Source of the DNA: a virus
Taxonomy: Duplodnaviria; Caudoviricetes
IMG/VR virus record: IMGVR_UViG_3300011335_000731
Location: 1-64,000 of that record
Strand: one strand, 5' to 3'
Length of the DNA: 64,000 nucleotides
The translations under genes and the position numbers were made by a program. This document shows positions 18,889 to 27,950 of this stretch, piece by piece. The notes below the pieces were generated by a model. The model was not told the DNA's origin and searched no databases. It saw only the letters and a program-made list of their open reading frames with translations. Position 1 is the first letter of the stretch. Each line of letters starts with the position of its first letter.

Positions 18889-19746
18889 ATGGCATTAACA
18901 GTAATTCTACCTTCAGGTCTCAGTAATACCGGCAATTTTGCAGTTGGTAGTTTAAGTGCCACGGGCAATCTCACCGGCAACTATATCCTGGGCAACGGCG
19001 CTCTATTGACCGGGGTAATCACTAGTGTGGCTAATATCAACAATGGCACAAGTAATGTCACGGTGGTAAGTTCCGGCGGCAATGTCACTGTAGGTATTGG
19101 CGGAACCGGAAATGTGGCTGTGTTTGCTACCACAGGTGAATATGTTACTGGATTGATATCAGCAACTGGTAACATCACTGGCGGAAATTTAGTAACCGCA
19201 GGAACTGGTGGAAACATCACCGGGGCTAATGTAGTTGCAGCAACTACACTTAGTGCTACAGGTAATGCGATTGCTAACAATGTAATAGCAACTACCATCG
19301 TCAGTGCAGTCAGCCACACGGGAACTATAGTAAGTATCACTGGTAACATCACAGCTGGTGGCGGTACATTTGGAACAGGCAACATTTCTACCACAGGTAA
19401 TATCGCTGCCGGTTACTTTATTGGTAACGGATCAGCACTCACCGGTATATCAGGTGGCGGTGGTGCAAGTATCAGCAATGGCACATCAAATGTCACAGTA
19501 GTAAGTTCAGGTGGCAATGTCACTGTGGGTGTTGGTGGAACATCAAATGTAGCTGTGTTTGATACTACAGGTATATACGGACCTTTATTTTATGCCACTA
19601 ACGCATTCTACTTCAATCAGACAACAATAGGCACGAGTATAGTATTTCCCACAGGATACAATGCAAGTACCGTTGGCCCAATGACGCAATCACCAGGAGT
19701 GTCAGTCACAGTACCCCCTGGAGCAAAATGGATAGTACTCGGATAG
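18889..19746 (+). CDS. Short fibre-like virion protein
   Basis: Built from the same GNYxLGNG / NGTSNVTVVSSGGNVTVG modules as the giant fibre; C-terminal NASTVGPMTQSPGVSVTVPPGAKWIVL tip-like motif. Confidence 0.7.
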   Translation: MALTVILPSGLSNTGNFAVGSLSATGNLTGNYILGNGALLTGVITSVANINNGTSNVTVVSSGGNVTVGIGGTGNVAVFATTGEYVTGLISATGNITGGNLVTAGTGGNITGANVVAATTLSATGNAIANNVIATTIVSAVSHTGTIVSITGNITAGGGTFGTGNISTTGNIAAGYFIGNGSALTGISGGGGASISNGTSNVTVVSSGGNVTVGVGGTSNVAVFDTTGIYGPLFYATNAFYFNQTTIGTSIVFPTGYNASTVGPMTQSPGVSVTVPPGAKWIVLG

Positions 19747-19758
19747 CACCCGGATGAA

Positions 19759-19764
19759 TAAATA
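19759..19764 (+). promoter_or_regulatory. Late-promoter motif TAAATA
   Basis: Intergenic TAAATA 29 nt before ATG 19794, with AAGGA RBS. Confidence 0.55.
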
Positions 19765-19793
19765 ATTTATCAAATGTTACAAGGAACACAAAC

Positions 19794-20528
19794 ATGACCA
19801 CTACGATTAACGCAGCTAGTACAGGATTAGTTTCATCAGCTGATTCATCAACTGCGCTGGCTTTCCAAACAGCTGGAACTACTGCAATGACCATTAACTC
19901 AAGTCAACAAGTAGGCATTGGTAATACCTCTCCCACTACTACTTTGGGAGTAACTGGATCAGCATACATAACTGGTAATATCACTGGTGCTAACTTGATA
20001 CTCAATGGCACAGCAGCATTGGGCAGCGGTGTGTTGATCGTGTCCGGCAACATACAGACCAGTACTGCCAATGCCACAGCAAATATCGGCAACTCTTCTA
20101 ACTATTTTAATAGACTATTTGCCCAGTCGACCACAGCACTTTACGCTGACTTGGCAGAAATGTATACCACAGACGCAGACTATGCTCCGGGTACTGTGCT
20201 GATATTTGGTGGCAATCAAGAAGTCACAACAAGCACAGTTACTCACGATACAAGAGTGGCCGGCGTGGTGTCTACCAACCCTGCACACATAATGAATTCT
20301 GGATTGCAAGCAGAACGCACAGTGGAAGTAGCATTGGTAGGTCGCGTACCGGTCAGCGTGATCGGTAACATCTCACCAGGCGATCGAGTGGTCACAAGCA
20401 ATCGAGCAGGTGTGGCTGAAGCCTTAGACATCACACGCTATCAACCGGGTGTGATTATTGGCAAAGCCTTGCAAAGCCACTCAGGCGACGAAGTTGGTGT
20501 GATCGAAGTTGTTGTGGGTAGACTTTAA
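19794..20528 (+). CDS. Fibre-associated protein with C-terminal autocleaving chaperone-like (peptidase G2/IMC-type) domain
   Basis: YADLAEMY, GTVLIFGG, VAGVVSTNPAHIMN, VALVGRVPV, IIGKAL motifs. Confidence 0.6.
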   Translation: MTTTINAASTGLVSSADSSTALAFQTAGTTAMTINSSQQVGIGNTSPTTTLGVTGSAYITGNITGANLILNGTAALGSGVLIVSGNIQTSTANATANIGNSSNYFNRLFAQSTTALYADLAEMYTTDADYAPGTVLIFGGNQEVTTSTVTHDTRVAGVVSTNPAHIMNSGLQAERTVEVALVGRVPVSVIGNISPGDRVVTSNRAGVAEALDITRYQPGVIIGKALQSHSGDEVGVIEVVVGRL

Positions 20529-20540
20529 ACTAGTTATAAT
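20512..20540 (+). promoter_or_regulatory. Sigma70-type promoter
   Basis: TTGTGG-17 bp-TATAAT upstream of the 879-aa fusion gene. Confidence 0.45.
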
Positions 20541-20572
20541 ACCCACCCTGTGTGGTTGGCATAAATGTTAGT

Positions 20573-23191
20573 ATGACATTGAGCCAACAAATCTACCAAA
20601 ATGGTCTGACCAAACCCGTGATCGCAGCGGGCGGTACCATACATCCGTTAATAATCCCCGCAGAACTTACCAACGGAACTGGCTTGATGAATCCCAGCAT
20701 CTTCATAGATGAGGATCGGATCCTAGTAAATCTACGCCATGTGAACTACACACTTTGGCATAGCGAAAACAAAAAGTTTGAACACAGATACGGACCATTG
20801 CAATATCTGCATCCGGAAAACGATCAACACCTACGCACTTGGAACTATCTGTTGACCATGAATCCGGATATGACCATAGCCACCACACAGGCTATAGATA
20901 CATCTGCCCATGATGTGGAACCAATTTGGACATTCGTGGGACTAGAAGATGCCAGGATACAACGCTGGGACGATCGACTTTGGATCACCGGTGTGCGTAG
21001 AGATACCACCACAAACGGTCAAGGGCGCATGGAACTCAGTGAACTAGAGGTCACAGATACCGGTGTTCGAGAGATCCTGCGTCGACGCATTCCTGCACCC
21101 GGTGCCAATGACACCTACTGCGAAAAGAACTGGATGCCAGTGCTGGATCAACCTTACACTTATGTGAAATGGGCTAACCCTACTGAAGTTGTAAAGTACG
21201 ATCTTGAAACTGGTACCACCGTGACCACACATCTCGACCCGGCACAACGCATACCTGGAGTTCCAGACTTCCGTGGCGGCAGCCAAGTGGTACCTTACGG
21301 TGACAACTACATAGCACTAATACATGAAGTGAACTTGTTCAAGAGCGAAGCCGGCGAGAAGGATGCCACATACAAACACAGATTCTTGATGTGGGATCGT
21401 GATTGGAACATTCTGGCCTACACAGATGCATTCAGTCTCATGAAAGCAGACATTGAATTCTGTACCGGCGCTGCCTGGTACAAAAACGAACTGCTACTGA
21501 CCTTTGGATTCCAAGACAATGCTGCATTCATACTAAAGATGCCACGAGCATGTGTGGATCAGTTTATGGCTGAAGCAAATCGTATTCCTCGAGTTCCTAC
21601 TATAACCACTGACGATGGTGTGGAACATGAGTTTGACTGGGGTGTGGCTGCTAACAACTCTTGGTTCCATGCCACTGTGAAAAAAGAGATCTTTGCCGAC
21701 AACACATATCAACGGTTTTTTGATATAAAGCCTGGAGATGTAGTGCTAGATGTAGGCGCCAGTGCTGGACCATTTGTATGGAGCATAGTTCCACAACAAC
21801 CCGGCCGAGTGATATGCCTTGAACCACACAAAAAACTCTACCCCACCTTGGTAAAAAATGTCAGCTACACTGGACTGGATGTCACGACCATAAACCGGGC
21901 ACTGGGCCATTCAGATGGATTGAATTATCTAGCAGGGCTTTACGACGAAACAAAACAAGCACACAGTGACGGCACAGATGGCGTGATACTAGAAACCATA
22001 AAGTTCAGCACACTGATCGAACAGCAGAAACTCACTCACATAGACTTCCTTAAGATGGACTGCGAAGGCGGCGAATACGACTTCTTCACTGATGAAAATC
22101 ATGATTGGATCATGAACAATGTGCGTAAGATAGCCATGGAGATACACCTGGCCACTCCTGCACACAAGGCCAAATTCCGCCGATTCAGAGACACTTACCT
22201 GCGTGAATTCACAAACTTCCACATACTCAGCATTGACTATGTGGACATCAAGTGGGCATTGTTTGATGACTGGTTTATTGATCACTATGCCGCATGTATG
22301 CTGTACATTGATAACAGCGTGGCACCACGAGACAAGAAAAAATGGCAGCACTATCCTGCACCTACATTGGAGATAACAACTATCATTCCAGAAAAAGGCT
22401 GTGTGGTTGATTGTGTATTCTGCCCACAACGCACACTAGAAGAAGTATACAAAGGCAATAGAATCATGAGCCTGGAAGATTACAAGAGCATGATCGACAA
22501 AGTACCCACAGATGTGCGTATCACTTTTGCTGGATTCACAGAACCATGGATGAACAAATACTGTACAGAAATGGTACTGTATGCACATGATCAAGGTCAT
22601 CCTGTGAGCGTGTTTACCACAGGGGTGGGCGTGAGTGTAGAGGATATGGAAGCCATAGTACACATACCATTTGCTGGTAATCCTAATGGCGGATTTGTGC
22701 TGCACTTGCCCGACGCAGAGATGTTGGCACGGCATCCGATCACTCCTGGCTATATCAAGACTTTGGAATGGTTCCGAGACAACCATCACAGGATCAAGAA
22801 CTTTTCTAAAATGAGCATGGGTGCTGAACTACATCCTAGCATCCGACACATATTTGATAGTGCTCCCAGTTATGCTATGTGGAGCAGAGCCGGCAACTTG
22901 TTCCGAGAAGCAGTGGCTAAACCGCAACTGATCACCTTAAGAGACCGTTGGAATGCTATCACACACGAAGGACCAAAGACCTGCGGATGTGTAGAAGGCT
23001 TGTATCACAATGTGCTGCTGCCCAACGGTGATGTAAGCCTGTGCTGTATGGATTATGGCTTGGATCATATAATCGGCAACTTGCATGAACAGTCATATGA
23101 AGATTTGATTCCTGAAGATCAGACCTGCTTCAATCTGTGCAACTACTGTGAGAATGCCACAGATCCAAAAGTCATAACCTTTGTGAAATAA
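20573..23191 (+). CDS. Triple fusion: GH130/GH32-like five-bladed beta-propeller + FkbM methyltransferase + radical SAM with C-terminal SPASM/twitch
   Basis: MNPSIF, GLEDARI, EKNWMP, RGGSQ, EFCTG (propeller); VLDVGASAG, IDFLKMDCEGGE (FkbM); CVVDCVFC at 22400-22423, NGDVSLCC and CNYC (radical SAM/SPASM). Confidence 0.85.
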   Translation: MTLSQQIYQNGLTKPVIAAGGTIHPLIIPAELTNGTGLMNPSIFIDEDRILVNLRHVNYTLWHSENKKFEHRYGPLQYLHPENDQHLRTWNYLLTMNPDMTIATTQAIDTSAHDVEPIWTFVGLEDARIQRWDDRLWITGVRRDTTTNGQGRMELSELEVTDTGVREILRRRIPAPGANDTYCEKNWMPVLDQPYTYVKWANPTEVVKYDLETGTTVTTHLDPAQRIPGVPDFRGGSQVVPYGDNYIALIHEVNLFKSEAGEKDATYKHRFLMWDRDWNILAYTDAFSLMKADIEFCTGAAWYKNELLLTFGFQDNAAFILKMPRACVDQFMAEANRIPRVPTITTDDGVEHEFDWGVAANNSWFHATVKKEIFADNTYQRFFDIKPGDVVLDVGASAGPFVWSIVPQQPGRVICLEPHKKLYPTLVKNVSYTGLDVTTINRALGHSDGLNYLAGLYDETKQAHSDGTDGVILETIKFSTLIEQQKLTHIDFLKMDCEGGEYDFFTDENHDWIMNNVRKIAMEIHLATPAHKAKFRRFRDTYLREFTNFHILSIDYVDIKWALFDDWFIDHYAACMLYIDNSVAPRDKKKWQHYPAPTLEITTIIPEKGCVVDCVFCPQRTLEEVYKGNRIMSLEDYKSMIDKVPTDVRITFAGFTEPWMNKYCTEMVLYAHDQGHPVSVFTTGVGVSVEDMEAIVHIPFAGNPNGGFVLHLPDAEMLARHPITPGYIKTLEWFRDNHHRIKNFSKMSMGAELHPSIRHIFDSAPSYAMWSRAGNLFREAVAKPQLITLRDRWNAITHEGPKTCGCVEGLYHNVLLPNGDVSLCCMDYGLDHIIGNLHEQSYEDLIPEDQTCFNLCNYCENATDPKVITFVK

Positions 23192-23192
23192 C

Positions 23193-24377
23193 ATGAAATA
23201 TCTACATCCGTACATTGAGAACTCCGAAGATCCCACAATCAACTTCTTGCTAGGGCAAGAATATGAAAACATAGGACAGACCGGTGCAGCAGTGAGTTTC
23301 TATCTACGCACAGCAGAGCGTAGCACCACTGACCAACAACAATACGAAGCACTCATGCGATGCTGTATCTGTTTAGAAAAACAAAAAACTCGCGACGACA
23401 CTGAAAAAGGTCTATTGCTCAAGTCTATTGCGTTGATTCCTGACCGTCCTGAAGCATATTTCTTGTTGAGCAGACTGTACGAGAAACGAAGAGAATGGCA
23501 GGAAAGTTATACCACAGCAGTGATGGGTTTGACCTATGGTAACTTTGATCGCACACCCGTGATCACTGATCAGTATCCGGGCTATTGTGGATTGATGTTC
23601 CAGAAAGGTGTGGCAAGTTGGCATGTGGGCCTTACTGAACAAAGCCGCCAGATCATGGTACATCTCAGAGACAACTTTAAGATGCATCAGATTTATATAG
23701 ATGCTATCAATCATAATTTGAAGATTTGCGGCATGCCCAAGTCTCCGCTGGTAGAAACCAAGTCAGCACCTGCTGTGCATGTGGCTAGAAAAAAATCAGA
23801 CATAATCAATCCGCAACCAAGACCGGGTGTGTGGATCGTGGACAACTTCTATCAAGATCCTGATGCTATTAGGAAGTTTGCCTTGGAGCAAGAGTACGAC
23901 CAAGGTGGCATTGGCAAGTATTACATAGGCAACCGCACCCGGCAGCAGTTCTTGTTTCCAGGATTGAAAGAAGAATTTGAATACATCATGAATCGCCGGA
24001 TCGAAAAGTGGGAAGAATACGGAATGAATGGCAGATTCCAAGTATGCAAAGAAGGTGAGCCCTTGGTATATCACTGCGATCCACAAAGGTGGGCTGGCAT
24101 GCTGTATCTCACACCCAACGCACCTTATCAGTCAGGTACATCAACACACGCACTCAAGGGCACAGATGTGCGACATCTCAGTCACCCTGACATAAACAAA
24201 TGCTTCAGACCGGGCAGTCAGAACCTGGATAGGACTATATTTGAACCGGTGGACAACTTTGGCAATGTGTACAATCGCCTAGTGATTTTCAATGCCGGGT
24301 ACTTACATTCGGCCACGGATTATTTTGGATACAACGACGACAACTGCCGACTATGGCAGATGTTCTTCTTTGATTAG
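23193..24377 (+). CDS. TPR domain + 2OG-Fe(II) oxygenase (DUF6445-like) fusion
   Basis: N-terminal TPR-like helices (RPEAYFLLSRLYE); C-terminal WIVDNFY, YHCD (HxD), NRLVIFNAGYLHSA (His), RLWQMFFFD (Arg). Confidence 0.8.
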   Translation: MKYLHPYIENSEDPTINFLLGQEYENIGQTGAAVSFYLRTAERSTTDQQQYEALMRCCICLEKQKTRDDTEKGLLLKSIALIPDRPEAYFLLSRLYEKRREWQESYTTAVMGLTYGNFDRTPVITDQYPGYCGLMFQKGVASWHVGLTEQSRQIMVHLRDNFKMHQIYIDAINHNLKICGMPKSPLVETKSAPAVHVARKKSDIINPQPRPGVWIVDNFYQDPDAIRKFALEQEYDQGGIGKYYIGNRTRQQFLFPGLKEEFEYIMNRRIEKWEEYGMNGRFQVCKEGEPLVYHCDPQRWAGMLYLTPNAPYQSGTSTHALKGTDVRHLSHPDINKCFRPGSQNLDRTIFEPVDNFGNVYNRLVIFNAGYLHSATDYFGYNDDNCRLWQMFFFD

Positions 24378-24805
24378 ACGCAGGTAATTTCTAGACTTGA
24401 TATCTTTTTCTGGATAGCATCTAGGTTTACTGTGTTCCACAAACCAGGATGTAGAGGCCTTGGTAGTCTTCCACTGTGTATCCAAGCATAGCCCACATGT
24501 TCGTGATTGAGTTCAGGAATGAACTCATGATTGACTCTGCACCAGAAGGTGTGATATTCAAATCCTCCATCAGGTGATGTGAACTTTTCAATGGGTATCA
24601 ATTGCTGATATTCGGGCATGCTGCCCAATTCTTCTGTGCATTCGCGTTCCACAGCAGTGATCAGGGTTTCGTCGGGTTCTACTTTGCCTCCAGCCAGCCC
24701 CCAGGTATCCGGGTACTTTGAATCGTTGCGTAGTAGATACAAGTAACAGCGGGTTCTAACACAGTAGAACCAAACACCTACTGCTTTTACAATACCAGAT
24801 TCCAT
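24374..24805 (-). CDS. NUDIX hydrolase
   Basis: Nudix box GGKVEPDETLITAVERECTEELG; EHVGYAW. Confidence 0.92.
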   Translation of the reverse strand: MESGIVKAVGVWFYCVRTRCYLYLLRNDSKYPDTWGLAGGKVEPDETLITAVERECTEELGSMPEYQQLIPIEKFTSPDGGFEYHTFWCRVNHEFIPELNHEHVGYAWIHSGRLPRPLHPGLWNTVNLDAIQKKISSLEITCV

Positions 24806-26193
24806 GAGCCTCCGGTGTACAGGCCGTCAATGCTCTTGACCCATTTGGTTCCGTTCCAGAAGTATTGTATGCCTGTGGTAAGATTAACCACATATTGTGG
24901 GTCTGTGCTGGCGCTGTTAAAAGCAATAACCCAGCGTGTGCCATTGTATTCAATGATGTCGTTGGCATTGGCAATCAAAGGTTGTCCACCTGTGCCACGC
25001 CAGGCAATAGGATTACTCGAGTTGTCAGCATCACCGGTGCCTTCGTTTAGTAGATATCTTTGTCCTACAGCAGCAGGGTCTAGTCCATCGCCTGGTCCGG
25101 CTGTGAGTGGGTTAATAACTGCATCCACTGGACTCAATGTGTTCTGTGGTGCTGTGTCTGGATCGATGTTGTAGATCAACAATCGATCATCTGCGGGATT
25201 TACAGCAATAGTACCCACGATGCTTGAGTCAGGATCCCAAGGATTGTCAAGAGTGATATAACTGATACCCGGGCGTAACACACCATAGGCATTGATCACA
25301 GTGGGCCAAGTGATCTGTGGATTTTCTACGAGAGGAAAGTCAAATGGTGCTAGGCTAATACGATCTGGATTCACCGGCTGTGGTGGTTGCAATACCTGTA
25401 GTTGTCCATCTAACAACAGCACCTGATAACTCCAAGGTGTGACTTTGACCCGTGTACCCAGCAGCAAGTCATTGTTGCTTATAGCATTCACAGCATCGCC
25501 TTGAGCATCAAATATGCTGGCAATAACTCGTTCTACCACACCCAGTTTCTTGATCTTGGCCGGTGATGATATCCAGATAGGCATGCTGAATGTCATGGTC
25601 ATGATGTCCAACGGTTCGTTGGTGTTGGTATTAACTGGGATAGTTTTGCTTGACCATCTCACATTGTCAAGATTACACACAGTGAGACTGGTCCAATCAA
25701 TGTAGTTGTCTGTGGCCTGTATCTCCAGCGCAGGGTTAAACAGCGTAGCGATCTGTTCAAACAACTGCATCTTCTGATTGGTATTTGATGTCCAAATATC
25801 CAAGTCAATAGTAAGTTTGTATGGCACAGGCATGAGTCGTTCCACTTGGAAAGCATTGCCCTGTGTGGTTTCGTAACTTTCTGTGCCAGGATCCCAGGTG
25901 CGTTGACGCACCATCATCTTGTTCACATGATATGGCTCTTGCATACGCTCACGATCATAAGTGAGTCCAGTGATGTGGAAGGTCATCATGGGTGTGGCGT
26001 TTAAACTGTTGGCTGAGTTTTGGTTCAGGATAGTCTGTGCTTGTCTGCTGGCATCGCCATAGCGTATGGGCACACGAACTAGATCGGTGGTGCCCTGTTC
26101 GTTGCGTCCGTACTCAACTTCAAACAAGCTGAACATGCGGGTGAATTGCAGAAGATAGCGACGGATCTGTTCGTCGTAAAAAAATAATTGCAT
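24787..26193 (-). CDS. gp15: Tail sheath stabiliser/terminator (T4 gp15-like) with C-terminal extension
   Basis: FFYDEQIRRYLLQF, VPIRYG, PVPYKLTIDLDIWT, QLFEQIATLFNP motifs. Confidence 0.85.
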   Translation of the reverse strand: MQLFFYDEQIRRYLLQFTRMFSLFEVEYGRNEQGTTDLVRVPIRYGDASRQAQTILNQNSANSLNATPMMTFHITGLTYDRERMQEPYHVNKMMVRQRTWDPGTESYETTQGNAFQVERLMPVPYKLTIDLDIWTSNTNQKMQLFEQIATLFNPALEIQATDNYIDWTSLTVCNLDNVRWSSKTIPVNTNTNEPLDIMTMTFSMPIWISSPAKIKKLGVVERVIASIFDAQGDAVNAISNNDLLLGTRVKVTPWSYQVLLLDGQLQVLQPPQPVNPDRISLAPFDFPLVENPQITWPTVINAYGVLRPGISYITLDNPWDPDSSIVGTIAVNPADDRLLIYNIDPDTAPQNTLSPVDAVINPLTAGPGDGLDPAAVGQRYLLNEGTGDADNSSNPIAWRGTGGQPLIANANDIIEYNGTRWVIAFNSASTDPQYVVNLTTGIQYFWNGTKWVKSIDGLYTGGSWNLVL

Positions 26194-26195
26194 AG

Positions 26196-27569
26196 TTAGC
26201 TGGACTTCTGGAAAGGTTGTGTGGGCGGATATGGATTAGGAGGCAGATTGCCGCCCTGATCACCATTGGCATCATTTGGTATCAAGGCCTCACTGAGACT
26301 CTGACGACTAGGTATATTGCCAAGATCCGTGGTATTCACTGTGTATGTATTGTTAACGAAGCTGCTGCGTAAAGTATCGTTGGTCGACCCAGGTGTGAGA
26401 TTGGTTCTTACCTTGCTCTCGATCTTGATCCAAGCAGTACCGTTGAAGCGAAACAAGCGATTAGGAAAATAATCCAGTCGCAATGCAAACTGCCCGGCCA
26501 CAGGATTGATTGGAAAATTTATTCCGGCTGTGACAGGCAAGCCATTGGGCGGAACTCCGTCTCCGGTCAAGTAACCTGCTGTGTAGCCATCACCTCGAGG
26601 TGTATTGCCGTCATTGGCCACTGTGCGGCTGGCATCAGTAATGGTGTAGTCTGCGGTATATGTGGCAGATTCAGGATTGGCAGGTGTGCCATCTGGATTG
26701 GTAGCAACGATGTAGAACTTCACAACATCAAATCCTGATGTAGGAACTTCGGCTTCGGCCTGAGCAAGTATAGCATCGTTGATCTCCAAGTTTCTGGGTC
26801 GTGTGCTTTGTTGATCTTCAATGGTGGTAGGATTGGTAACCAAGGTCCAATATTCCGTGTTGTTGATATCTGTACCCGGTGGCACATTCTTGTTTGATGT
26901 ATAGTAAGTATCGCCATAAAGCACTGTGACACCGCCTGGATAGAAATTGCCCGGATCCCAGATGTTGATAGGTTCAAAGGGCTGTTTGGTGATCTGATTA
27001 AATTCTTGACTGTTGACCATGGGTGTGGCCTTCACACGCCACAAGTGAGGTAACCAGGTCTGGCTGAAACCTTCGGCAGCAAAGGACGCATCCTGGACCA
27101 CATACCATTTTGGCAACGCTTTGGGTATGGCCGAGTCCAGGGGGTTATAGTCTAGGAGATTGGGCAGTTCAAACACATCACCGCTCATGAGTTTGCGCCC
27201 TATGGTGTCTATCATGTCATTGTAGTGGAATGTGATAAACAAGGTGTCGTTGTTTAAGAACAAGCCAAATTGGGTAAGATCAAAGTCAATGTCTTGTTGT
27301 TTATAAACACCACGCATCACATACACATCATTGTCATAGGCACGATCACGGTTTTCCAACAGCAGCAAATCTTCGATAAACAGCGGGTTTGTTGAGTCGT
27401 ATTTGGGTAGCGTGGCATCGTTGTTGCCGGTATTGTCGTTTGTAAGTGGTCCCAAGTATTTGTGCAAATACATGTCCACCCCGCCAACCTGATACATTTC
27501 ACTTATTGTGCGATCGAAAAAACGGTAATCTGCGGTGCGATTGGGACGGTATAGACTGAGTCTTGGCAT
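26196..27569 (-). CDS. gp14: Neck/head-closure protein (T4 gp14-like) with CBM-like insert
   Basis: GGVDMYLHKY, FDLTQFGLFL, TLFITFH, GDVFELP motifs; adjacent to gp15. Confidence 0.8.
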   Translation of the reverse strand: MPRLSLYRPNRTADYRFFDRTISEMYQVGGVDMYLHKYLGPLTNDNTGNNDATLPKYDSTNPLFIEDLLLLENRDRAYDNDVYVMRGVYKQQDIDFDLTQFGLFLNNDTLFITFHYNDMIDTIGRKLMSGDVFELPNLLDYNPLDSAIPKALPKWYVVQDASFAAEGFSQTWLPHLWRVKATPMVNSQEFNQITKQPFEPINIWDPGNFYPGGVTVLYGDTYYTSNKNVPPGTDINNTEYWTLVTNPTTIEDQQSTRPRNLEINDAILAQAEAEVPTSGFDVVKFYIVATNPDGTPANPESATYTADYTITDASRTVANDGNTPRGDGYTAGYLTGDGVPPNGLPVTAGINFPINPVAGQFALRLDYFPNRLFRFNGTAWIKIESKVRTNLTPGSTNDTLRSSFVNNTYTVNTTDLGNIPSRQSLSEALIPNDANGDQGGNLPPNPYPPTQPFQKSS

Positions 27570-27576
27570 AGTGCTG

Positions 27577-27582
27577 TATTTA
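27577..27582 (-). promoter_or_regulatory. Late-promoter motif TAAATA for gp14-gp15
   Basis: CATAAATA on the minus strand 7 nt before ATG 27569. Confidence 0.6.
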
Positions 27583-27590
27583 TGGGCAGG

Positions 27591-27619
27591 TTGACCAGAA
27601 AATCTGCTTCAGTTATAAT
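27591..27619 (+). promoter_or_regulatory. Sigma70-type (early) promoter
   Basis: TTGACC-17 bp-TATAAT; ATG lies 7 nt after the -10 (leaderless geometry). Confidence 0.8.
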
Positions 27620-27625
27620 ACTCGC

Positions 27626-27910
27626 ATGAAAGTCATAAAGCTAGATCGCAGATACAAACCCAACAAAGAAGCCGGGTACGAAGCCGGTCTGCGATTCAAC
27701 GACTACTGGGATGATCGGGGCCGGCGCCTTGAGATTGAACGGATTTGCAAAAATCGTTTAAAAGGCGGCTGGTCGGCTCTGTCCTCAGATTGGTTTGCGT
27801 ACTTCGGAAAACGGAAAACAGGCGAATCCACGCCCTACTACATTGTGTTCCGTAGAGAATCAGACATGACTTTTGTGCTGATGTGCGCGGACTTGACCAA
27901 AAAATCATGA
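27626..27910 (+). CDS. Small basic hypothetical early protein
   Basis: 94 aa ORF directly behind a consensus sigma70 promoter. Confidence 0.65.
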   Translation: MKVIKLDRRYKPNKEAGYEAGLRFNDYWDDRGRRLEIERICKNRLKGGWSALSSDWFAYFGKRKTGESTPYYIVFRRESDMTFVLMCADLTKKS

Positions 27911-27921
27911 TGTGCTATAAT
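27893..27921 (+). promoter_or_regulatory. Sigma70-type (early) promoter
   Basis: TTGACC-17 bp-TG-C-TATAAT (extended -10). Confidence 0.8.
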
Positions 27922-27950
27922 TACATCATAAACACTAGCAAAGGAACCCC

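Noticed and set aside
14160-19150. Duplicated fibre segments as a DGR template/variable repeat pair
   Set aside because: Differences are mainly synonymous third-position changes rather than adenine-specific, and no reverse transcriptase is present in the window.
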